The notes beneath the pieces are model-generated. The model saw nothing but the letters and a program-made list of their open reading frames with translations, was not told the DNA's origin and searched no databases. Shown one piece after another: positions 36,997 through 43,805 of a stretch of 43,805 bases of DNA (within the stretch, counting starts at the first letter, position 1; each line of letters starts with the position of its first letter). The position numbers were made by a program, and so were the translations under genes. The DNA comes from an uncultured Clostridia bacterium. GTDB lineage: Bacteria; Bacillota; Clostridia; Christensenellales; UBA1242. The stretch spans positions 1 through 43,805 of the forward strand of contig CAKVEY010000001.1 of the NCBI GenBank assembly GCA_934746185.1, given 5' to 3'.

Positions 36997-38142
36997 TTAA
37001 CTATTTTTTCCTTTTCTTATCATTTCACTTGTTCTAAATTGTTCAGCTTCGGGAAGATTAACAAAATCTACAGTTTTATCATAATTTTTTTGAACGACCT
37101 CTTTTATTTCGTCCAGAGTTACTCTAAAAAATTCTTTTCTTCCATTAACAAGATTGAGTTTTTTATCTTCAAAAGCGTGGTGTAAGGCAGTTTCTAATTT
37201 TGGAGCATCATCCGAAAATATCATAGCATGAATATCAAATTTGAAAGGAACTGATGCTCCACTTAGTTCTGCAATTCTCTCTTCAGGGTCCAATCTTCTC
37301 GTCATTCCTATTTTATAAATATCTTCTCCAAATGCACCTATATTCGAAATAACATAAACATATCCAGCTCTCTTATTAGCTTCTCGATAATCCAAATCTG
37401 CCATAGCCTTATCTACGTCACTAAGATTATTTTCTATTTCATTTTTTCGTTCTAATAAAACTTGTTTTCTCTCTTCGCTTTTTTCAAATTCTATTTGTTC
37501 TTTTAATTTTTTCATTACATTTTCATAATGTAATTGTTCCTTTTCGTATTGTTTTCTTTTTTCCTCAATTTCACGTGCTACTTTTTGCTCTTCTCTTAAC
37601 ATTTCTCGCTTAATGCGAAGTTCTTCTTTTTCTTCCTTCTTTTTTTGTTGAAATTCAAACGCCAAATTAAGTTCTTCTATTTTTAATTTGTAATACTCAT
37701 AATCAATTTCTAAATTATTTGTTTCATTCAAACTATTTTGCATTTCATAGGCTTTAAAAATTCTTTCCTTACTATCTTCATAATTGTTAAATTTTACCTT
37801 ATCTATACAAATGTCACATTCTATATTAAAATTTCTAATAATTTGCTTCGAATTTTCTGCTATCAACCTTTGTCCTAATAATTCGCTACCATTAACTTTC
37901 CAATTTGTTCTAATTATAACAGCTTTTTTCTTTGCAATCATCTTTTTTTGTTTATTTCTAATTTCTTTTAGTTTGTCTTTGTATTGATCCAAATAAGCAA
38001 AGTTATATTGTGGTGTATAAACACCAAAAGATTGATAAAGAATTTCATCATCTAATTGAATAACTTCTTTTTTTAATTGATCTCTAAGGTTAGTTAGAGA
38101 AACTATTTCTTCATTTATATCTTGTAAATTTTCCTTTTCCAT
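36997..38142 (-). CDS. DUF4041 domain plus C-terminal T5orf172/MUG113 (GIY-YIG clan) domain protein
   Basis: 381 aa. The N-terminal half (ILYQSFGVYTPQYNF...) and the long coiled coil resemble DUF4041. The C-terminus (GYVYVISNIGAFGEDIYKIGMTRRLDPEERIAELSGASVPFKFDIHAMIFSDDAPKLETALHHAF......GRKEFFRV) is a textbook T5orf172 motif set. Confidence 0.8.
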   Translation of the reverse strand: MEKENLQDINEEIVSLTNLRDQLKKEVIQLDDEILYQSFGVYTPQYNFAYLDQYKDKLKEIRNKQKKMIAKKKAVIIRTNWKVNGSELLGQRLIAENSKQIIRNFNIECDICIDKVKFNNYEDSKERIFKAYEMQNSLNETNNLEIDYEYYKLKIEELNLAFEFQQKKKEEKEELRIKREMLREEQKVAREIEEKRKQYEKEQLHYENVMKKLKEQIEFEKSEERKQVLLERKNEIENNLSDVDKAMADLDYREANKRAGYVYVISNIGAFGEDIYKIGMTRRLDPEERIAELSGASVPFKFDIHAMIFSDDAPKLETALHHAFEDKKLNLVNGRKEFFRVTLDEIKEVVQKNYDKTVDFVNLPEAEQFRTSEMIRKGKNS

Positions 38143-38151
38143 TTTCCCTCT

Positions 38152-39219
38152 CTACAACAACGCTTTACGTCTTTTTTCATACTCTTCCCTTGATATTTTA
38201 TTATTTTCATATAGAGTCCTTAATTTTTTTAATTTTTGATAAGGTGTATCATTGTTATTGATATTTTCCTCCGTTTCTTTAATATTAGTACTTGTTGAAT
38301 ATATGTGCCCTTCTGTTGCTTTTTTAAATTCTTGCTCCTTTTGCTCAAGCATTATTTCCTTTTCATTTAGTTGCTTTTCTAGTCTATCAACCTCTCTTAG
38401 TCTTTTTTCTTTTAATCGTTTTTCTTCTTCAAGCCTACGTTGCTCTTCTAGTTCTAATTTTAACTTTTGCTCTTTTTCGTTTATTTCAGCATATATTTTT
38501 TTAAAACTTCTATTGTTTAAATAATAAACATTGTCCTTTTTATATGTTTTCATCCCTGCTGGAGTTGTGTAAGTTATACATAGATAAATTGCAATTTCGG
38601 TAATTGGTTTTTTTAATTTTTGTTCTTCAAATATTTTATTCTCTAATAAATTGTATGTCTGAACACTTACCCCTTTAATCGAAGACTCCTTTGAATTAAT
38701 TTTTAATTGATTATATTTTTTTAAATAATTGTTCCATTTAAGTAAATTCTTTTGCACTTTTGAGGATAAATCAATAAATTTTTCCTTGTCTTCTTGCAAG
38801 ACCTGATTTAGATAGTCTTCCAAATCTTCTTTATCAAAAGCAGTTTTACTTAAAGAATATTTATTATATTTATATAAAGCAGAAATGTCACATTCAAAAT
38901 TTTGATTGGCATTTAGATTCAAAAGGTTTTTATACATTTCGCTTGTTTCTTTAACATATTGTAGCCTTTTATTATATAAAACTTGTTCGGCTTTTTGTTT
39001 TTGTTTTATCGCTTCTTGTTTTTCTTCTTCAAGCCTGCGTTGCTCTTCTTCTTTTTTCTTTTTTATTTGAATATATATTATAAATATTACTGGAAGTATC
39101 GCAATAAAAGACGCAATTACTGTAATAATCAAGCCTGTTGGATTTGGTTCTCTTAAAAAAACACTCCATCCTCCAATAGCTAAAAGAACACAAATAATAT
39201 AAACAATTATATAAGCCAT
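38152..39219 (-). CDS. Membrane-anchored coiled-coil protein with a SHOCT-like C-terminal tail
   Basis: 355 aa. Two N-terminal TM helices, two EEQRRLEEEK coiled-coil segments flanking a globular middle region, and the tail YQKLKKLRTLYENNKISREEYEKRRKALL (SHOCT pattern). Only 9 nt separate it from the DUF4041 gene. Confidence 0.7.
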   Translation of the reverse strand: MAYIIVYIICVLLAIGGWSVFLREPNPTGLIITVIASFIAILPVIFIIYIQIKKKKEEEQRRLEEEKQEAIKQKQKAEQVLYNKRLQYVKETSEMYKNLLNLNANQNFECDISALYKYNKYSLSKTAFDKEDLEDYLNQVLQEDKEKFIDLSSKVQKNLLKWNNYLKKYNQLKINSKESSIKGVSVQTYNLLENKIFEEQKLKKPITEIAIYLCITYTTPAGMKTYKKDNVYYLNNRSFKKIYAEINEKEQKLKLELEEQRRLEEEKRLKEKRLREVDRLEKQLNEKEIMLEQKEQEFKKATEGHIYSTSTNIKETEENINNNDTPYQKLKKLRTLYENNKISREEYEKRRKALL

Positions 39220-39243
39220 TTCAACTTCTCCTTAGTTTTGAAT

Positions 39244-39272
39244 ATTATATCATATTTTTAAACATTATTAAA
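39244..39272 (-). promoter_or_regulatory. Extended -10 promoter for the SHOCT/DUF4041 cassette
   Basis: Minus strand reads TGaTATAAT (39252-39244), with a weak -35 (TTTAAT, 39272-39267). A short leader follows, with an AAGGAGAAG SD before the ATG at 39219. Confidence 0.5.
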
Positions 39273-39479
39273 CTGATATCAATTATTTTTTCTTCATTAA
39301 TAATAGAACCTACTAAAAAAATATTTTTTACTTAAAAAATAACTATTAAGAGCTAACACTTTTTAAACTAGCAGAATAAATTATAAACAATGCAAATAAA
39401 TGTAATATTACTATTTGTATAAATTTCTAACAGATTGACTAATAGTTGTTTTTTAACTTTATTTTTGTTTTATTTTTTC

Positions 39480-39508
39480 TTGCAAAATTCTATTAATAAT
39501 TTTATAAT
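39480..39508 (+). promoter_or_regulatory. Promoter of the ECF transporter operon
   Basis: TTGCAA (39480-39485), a 17-nt spacer, then TATAAT (39503-39508). The leader to the folT-like ATG is ~110 nt. Confidence 0.6.
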
Positions 39509-39622
39509 ATTAAAAAAATTTAAAGGGTAATTGCCTATGCGAAAATATATTGTTTTAATTGAACACAAATTAAAATTTGGAATTTAATACTTTTTATAAA
39601 ATAAATATAAAGGAGTATTTTT

Positions 39623-40273
39623 ATGTCAAAAACTAAAAAAATTATATTAGCAGGTTTACTTCTTGCTACAACTATTATTCTTAATAGGTTTTTATCTATC
39701 AAAACGCCCATTGTAGTTATATCATTTGCTTTTATTCCTATAATGCTTTCTGGTATGTTACTTGGTCCAATGTGGACAATGTTAATTGCAGGTCTTGCTG
39801 ACCTAATAGGTGCTTTATTATTCCCTTTTGGAGCATATTTTGTAGGATATACAATTTCTTCAACACTTTCCGGTTTAATTTATGGCCTATTTTTACAAAG
39901 AAAATATAACAAAACCAATAAAAAGTTGTTACTTAATTTAATTATTAGCAGTTTAATTGTGTTAATTGTTTGTAATGGTATATTAAATAGCGTTTGGATT
40001 TATATAACAACAAAAAAAGCAATAGCCGTAATTCTACCTACAAGACTTTTAAAACAAATTATAATGTTACCAATCAATGTAATAGTTATGTCCTCATTAA
40101 ATTTAGGTTTAGAAAAAATGGGCGCGTATAAAAAATTATTTGATGTAGAAATTGAAAACGAGAATATTGAAGCAAATGAAAAAGTTGAAACGAATATAAC
40201 AAGCGATGAAACTACAAACACAGATATAAGTATAAATAAGGAGATTAATGATGATAAAGTTCCAAAATGTTAG
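39623..40273 (+). CDS. folT: ECF transporter substrate-specific (S) component, folate (FolT) type, with an acidic C-terminal tail
   Basis: 216 aa, multi-TM. FIPIMLSGMLLGP...GLADLIGALLFPFG resembles FolT-family S components. SD is AAGGAG. The 3' end overlaps the ATPase gene. Confidence 0.65.
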   Translation: MSKTKKIILAGLLLATTIILNRFLSIKTPIVVISFAFIPIMLSGMLLGPMWTMLIAGLADLIGALLFPFGAYFVGYTISSTLSGLIYGLFLQRKYNKTNKKLLLNLIISSLIVLIVCNGILNSVWIYITTKKAIAVILPTRLLKQIIMLPINVIVMSSLNLGLEKMGAYKKLFDVEIENENIEANEKVETNITSDETTNTDISINKEINDDKVPKC

Positions 40274-41021
40274 TTTCAAATATGAAGCTTTTAAAATAGA
40301 AAACATTAATTTTGAAATAAAAAAAGGTGAAATAGTGGCAATTACTGGCAATAATGCAAGTGGAAAAACTACACTTATTAAACTAATGTCGGGGTTAATA
40401 AAGAATAAAAAAGGCGAAATTTTAATAAATAATGAGCCTATTAAAAAACATACAACAAAAATTGGAATAATATTTCAAAATCCAGATAATCAAATTATTT
40501 TTAATAATGTTTACGATGATATTTGTTTTACTTTAAAAAATCATAATATAAATAAAAATGAATTTGATGAGCGAATAGATTATGCTTTAAAAATGGTTGA
40601 TATGCAAGAATTTAAACACAAAGAGACATACACTATGTCCACAGGTCAAAAACAAAGAATAGCCATTGCAAATATGCTAGCAATAAAACCAGATATAATT
40701 ATATTTGATGAAGCAAGTGTATATTTAGACCCAACCACAAAGCAAGCTCTTTATAATTTGTTTCTAGCGTTAAAACAAAATGGAACGACTGTTGTTTTTA
40801 CTACAAATTTATTAGAAGAAATAGTTTATGCTGATAGGGTTATGTTACTTAATAATGGAAATTTAAAAGCCTTTATGCCAACAAAAGAAATATTAAAAAA
40901 TCTAGATTTATATAGAGAAAATGAAACCTATATTCCTTTAAAATTAAGAATTATTGAGAAACTTAATTTAGAAAATTATGTAAATAATGAAGCTATTCTA
41001 AATGCAATAAAAGTGAATTAA
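40248..41021 (+). CDS. ECF transporter ATPase (EcfA-like); the only ATPase gene in the operon
   Basis: 257 aa. Walker A GNNASGKTT, Q-loop FQNPDNQ, signature MSTGQKQR and Walker B IIIFDEAS. The H-loop position reads TTN instead of the usual T-H. The ATG at 40251 is an equally good start. Confidence 0.85.
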   Translation: MMIKFQNVSFKYEAFKIENINFEIKKGEIVAITGNNASGKTTLIKLMSGLIKNKKGEILINNEPIKKHTTKIGIIFQNPDNQIIFNNVYDDICFTLKNHNINKNEFDERIDYALKMVDMQEFKHKETYTMSTGQKQRIAIANMLAIKPDIIIFDEASVYLDPTTKQALYNLFLALKQNGTTVVFTTNLLEEIVYADRVMLLNNGNLKAFMPTKEILKNLDLYRENETYIPLKLRIIEKLNLENYVNNEAILNAIKVN

Positions 41022-41023
41022 CT

Positions 41024-41590
41024 ATGTTTATATTTATAATTTTATTTGTTGCGTTTTCAATATTTATATTTCTAACAAATAATATATTTGTTCTTATAGG
41101 TTTTACTATTTCTAATATTATTTTACATTTTATTTTTAAAATTTCCTTGAAAAAGACTTTAAATAATTTATTTAAAATTTTCTTTTTGCTATTAATTATA
41201 TTCTTGTTTAATTTAATTTTTGATAATTTAATTAATAGTTTAATTGTTGCATATAAAGTATTAATTGTTGCAAATGGTGCATATATTTTTTCAACTATGA
41301 TGTCGCCTACAAAACTAGCAATTGCTTTTAATCAATTATTTTTACCATTAAAAATATTTAAAATTGATACCAATAACTTATCTTTAATGATTGTAATTGC
41401 ATTAAATTTTATACCAATAATTTCTTATGATATAAACCTTTTAAAACAAACTTTAAAGGCTCGAAATGTTAAATTAAACTTAAAAACTTTATTCACTCAA
41501 AGCCATATAATATTTGTAATGTTCTTTGCCAATTTGTTTAAACGGGTTGACGATTTGGAGATGGTTATAAAAGCAAGAGGAAGTAAATAA
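41024..41590 (+). CDS. Short ECF transporter transmembrane (T) component
   Basis: 188 aa, hydrophobic. It has two coupling-helix motifs (LKARN and IKARG, the Ala-Arg-Gly type) near the C-terminus. It is ~75 aa shorter than typical EcfT proteins. Confidence 0.65.
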   Translation: MFIFIILFVAFSIFIFLTNNIFVLIGFTISNIILHFIFKISLKKTLNNLFKIFFLLLIIFLFNLIFDNLINSLIVAYKVLIVANGAYIFSTMMSPTKLAIAFNQLFLPLKIFKIDTNNLSLMIVIALNFIPIISYDINLLKQTLKARNVKLNLKTLFTQSHIIFVMFFANLFKRVDDLEMVIKARGSK

Positions 41591-41724
41591 AATCATTAAA
41601 CAACCCATCACTTCTAGTGCAAATAAAAATGCAAACATTTAGTTTTATCTTAAAATAACAATAAATGATTAAATTTATCTTTAATAATAGTGAACTAGCA
41701 AAAAACCAATTGTAAAAGAATAAC

Positions 41725-41753
41725 AAAAAACGCACTCAAATCGTGCGTTTTTT
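41725..41753. terminator. Bidirectional rho-independent terminator
   Basis: aaaaaacgcac-tcaaatc-gtgcgtttttt. Confidence 0.7.
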
Positions 41754-41980
41754 AATAAAATATGTTTTTCTTTTCAATTTTATAAATTGTGTAAAATAAA
41801 ATTAGTTATTCTTTAATTTTTAGCACAATCCCATCATTTTAACGGTTTTTTATTGGTGCACCACCTACAATGTAAGTTGAACCGAAAGGTTTGATTTACG
41901 TTATTTTCTTTGCAAAAAAATAAGGGGCAGAACAATTATGCCTGCTTTATTATGTTTGATGTTATTATTTTTAAAAGGTT

Positions 41981-42148
41981 TTAATCCCCCCAAATCACGA
42001 TTTTTCTCGCTATATCATCACACTTATTATCAATCTTTTTTAATTCTAAAACTATTTCTATTAAAAGTTCTTTTTCGGATAGGTTGCTCAATCTCTCTCT
42101 TTCGTCCTGCTCTTTTAAAACATTTCTATTAATTAATTTCTTAAACAT
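41981..42148 (-). CDS. Small hypothetical protein (55 aa), below the ORF-track size cut-off
   Basis: Hand translation gives MFKKLINRNVLKEQDERERLSNLSEKELLIEIVLELKKIDNKCDDIARKIVIWGD. It has a strong SD (AGGTGG, 7 nt spacing) and starts 19 nt after the stop of the upstream 362-aa gene. Confidence 0.45.
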   Translation of the reverse strand: MFKKLINRNVLKEQDERERLSNLSEKELLIEIVLELKKIDNKCDDIARKIVIWGD

Positions 42149-42167
42149 AATGTACCACCTTGTATTT

Positions 42168-43256
42168 TTAATAACGATTAAATGAAGGTAATTCTTTAAT
42201 TAACTTTTCAATATCACTATCTTTTACAGTGCTATCATTAACAATAATTACACATTCATAGAAATCATTATCTTTAAAACTCTTAACTCCACCTAATTCA
42301 TTGCATACATAACAGGAACTCTTATCAATTTTCGTTGCTATTTTTTTATTATACCTAATTCCAAAATTTAAAATTTCTGACGCTTGTGCTTTATATTTGT
42401 CTAAGTGTTCTAAAGCATAGTTTAAACAGTTGTTTAATATCGGGTTTATTGAATAATAAGTTAATATGTCCGTTTTTAGTTTTCTTTTAGCAATGTTTCC
42501 TAAATTTAAATCGTATTTTTTAATCTCGAATAAAGAAGCAAATATGTTTTTATTATTCAACAGTATCTCTAAATAGTCGGGCGAATAAAATATTGAATTC
42601 GTACCACCATAATGCCCGTTAGTAAAAAACATATTATAAGAATCATATATGTCATTAAACAGTTCGGCATCGCTCATACTTGCAACAAGCCTTGCAAATC
42701 CGATAGCGTTTTCAAAATTGCACCAAATTATTCCTTTTTCTTTCTTGAAATCGAAATGATTATAATACCATTTTAATGAAATTCCGTATTCGTCGTGCAA
42801 ATATCTAACACCATTTACTGCTTGGTACTCAACAACATAATCCAAAAAAGTTTTCCCAAATTCGTCGGTGTTATTCATTATAGATTTACCGTCTTTTGCT
42901 AAGAATTTATCAAATTCTTCTCTATACAAATCGGGATTATCTAAATACGCATAATATCTAAACCCTTTATTAAACGGCACATTTTCTTTTTCAACGGGAA
43001 GTTTATACGCATTCTCATCTAACATTCTGGCTAAAGAAACACCAAATATTTTTTCTAATGGAACTATAAATTCATATTTGAGCGGCCTTTGTCCTTTTAG
43101 CATTTTTGAGAAATTTGATTTTTCTTTTTCGACAAATATATATGCTTCCTTTCCGTTAATACCTAACTGATGTGCTATATCAATTAGAAGGTGGCTATAC
43201 ATCTTGATACCTTTTAATTGCATATATCGGTCTATGTTCTTCTTTAAATTACTCAT
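42168..43256 (-). CDS. HTH (XRE-like) domain protein with a ~270-aa C-terminal domain of unknown function
   Basis: The start is set at ATG 43256 (MSNLKKNIDRYMQLKG...; GGAG 8 nt upstream) because a consensus promoter lies inside the longer track ORF. The N-terminus has an XRE-type pattern (...IAHQLGI...SNFSKMLKGQRPL.....L..IFGVSLARML). I do not recognise the remainder. Confidence 0.7.
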   Translation of the reverse strand: MSNLKKNIDRYMQLKGIKMYSHLLIDIAHQLGINGKEAYIFVEKEKSNFSKMLKGQRPLKYEFIVPLEKIFGVSLARMLDENAYKLPVEKENVPFNKGFRYYAYLDNPDLYREEFDKFLAKDGKSIMNNTDEFGKTFLDYVVEYQAVNGVRYLHDEYGISLKWYYNHFDFKKEKGIIWCNFENAIGFARLVASMSDAELFNDIYDSYNMFFTNGHYGGTNSIFYSPDYLEILLNNKNIFASLFEIKKYDLNLGNIAKRKLKTDILTYYSINPILNNCLNYALEHLDKYKAQASEILNFGIRYNKKIATKIDKSSCYVCNELGGVKSFKDNDFYECVIIVNDSTVKDSDIEKLIKELPSFNRY

Positions 43257-43296
43257 TGTACAATCTCCAAATATATTTAAATTTATTTTCACATAA

Positions 43297-43325
43297 ATTA
43301 TAGCACATACTTGGAGCGATTTCAA
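43297..43325 (-). promoter_or_regulatory. Consensus promoter for the 362-aa HTH protein gene
   Basis: Minus strand reads TTGAAA (43325-43320), a 17-nt spacer, then TATAAT (43302-43297), preceded by TGc (extended -10). Confidence 0.65.
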
Positions 43326-43580
43326 ATATTTTATTGTCATTTAAGACAACTTTTGTGGTCTTTTTTGACTGTACTAAAAAAATATGACCCTTGAAAAAAC
43401 AGTCAAATATAACAACTTATTTAAAATTTATTCAAAGACAAGTATAGATAAAAAAGCAAAAAATGTTTCAAAAAATCAAGTGGACAAAGTAAAAACAATT
43501 GTTTTCTTTCTTTTTTCTGATATTATGTTTCATTTTATCTTGTTGTCAAGCGCATTCCACGGCATAAACCGCCACTAGTA

Positions 43581-43805
43581 TTAAATTGAAATATTTTCAG
43601 TAGTAATGTATTTTTTAAAAAAATCATTGTATAAAACTACTTCCTTTTTTATACTTTCTTTAGTAATTTCATGAATAGCAAATTGATTAAAAAAAGTAGG
43701 CTTTATTATGTATATTGTAAAATTAAAGTTATTGGCTTTTAAAACATATTGCCATTTTAAAGCATCAATATCTGTAGAACAATAAAATGAAAACATGCTT
43801 GGGCT
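43581..43805 (-). CDS. Hypothetical protein; probably the C-terminal part of a gene that continues beyond the right edge
   Basis: The reading frame stays open from the track ATG (43796) to the window edge. I recognise no motif. Confidence 0.3.
   Translation of the reverse strand, partial: SPSMFSFYCSTDIDALKWQYVLKANNFNFTIYIIKPTFFNQFAIHEITKESIKKEVVLYNDFFKKYITTENISI

Noticed and set aside
39509-39622. A possible THF riboswitch, or a 16-aa leader peptide (ATG 39537 to TAA 39587, MRKYIVLIEHKLKFGI), in the leader of the folT-like gene.
   Set aside because: The leader is almost pure A/T and lacks the GC-rich conserved helices of the THF riboswitch. A 16-codon open frame with a weak SD is not distinguishable from chance without conservation data.
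41938-42132. A plus-strand 64-aa ORF.
   Set aside because: It overlaps the minus-strand 55-aa ORF, which has a strong AGGTGG SD and an operon context. The plus-strand ORF has neither.
43257-43340. The 5'-extended version of the 390-aa ORF (start at 43340).
   Set aside because: A consensus TTGAAA-17-TATAAT promoter lies within the extension. The internal ATG 43256 has a GGAG SD at proper spacing.
43384-43578. A plus-strand 64-aa ORF in the right-edge intergenic region.
   Set aside because: It has no SD and a low-complexity, hydrophobic tail. It sits in the promoter-upstream region of the divergent gene. It is probably non-coding.

Overview
This is a very AT-rich chromosomal segment (about three quarters A+T by eye) that uses the standard genetic code. 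It comes from an endospore-forming Firmicute, shown by pro-sigma-K, germination protease gpr and a CtsR-controlled clpC operon. Most of the window is conserved housekeeping. It holds gatC-gatA-gatB (gatB cut by the left edge), ligA, pcrA, hemW, a U32 peptidase, rpiB, murG, sigK, ctsR/mcsA-like/clpC, gpr, rpsT, polA, an SLT transglycosylase, a RimK-type ligase and an SDR. Several non-housekeeping modules sit among these genes.

(1) A self-contained three-gene operon (14182-20269, minus strand) begins with a HipA-family kinase core. That gene is translationally coupled to a type IIA topoisomerase B subunit whose first ~95 aa look like the HipA N-terminal / HipS domain. The topoisomerase A subunit follows and carries a ~150-aa charged N-terminal extension. 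I consider this the most unusual system here.

(2) A two-gene cassette (36997-39272) encodes a 2-TM / coiled-coil / SHOCT-tail membrane protein and a DUF4041 + T5orf172 (GIY-YIG-clan) protein. It reads as a candidate defence or abortive-infection module.

(3) A tandem pair of XRE regulators has diverged DNA-binding halves but nearly identical 3' ends. The pair lies divergent from a DUF1273/YpsA-type SLOG gene.

(4) An uncharacterised module at the right edge encodes an HTH-plus-unknown-domain protein and a 55-aa ORF that is missing from the ORF track.

Other oddities:
- a (CAAA)8(CTAA)12 microsatellite
- a clpC operon without mcsB
- an amidohydrolase-fold protein that has lost all of its metal ligands
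- a dedicated FolT / single-EcfA / mini-EcfT transporter
- several apparently leaderless promoters

All family assignments come from motif recognition by eye. No searches were run.
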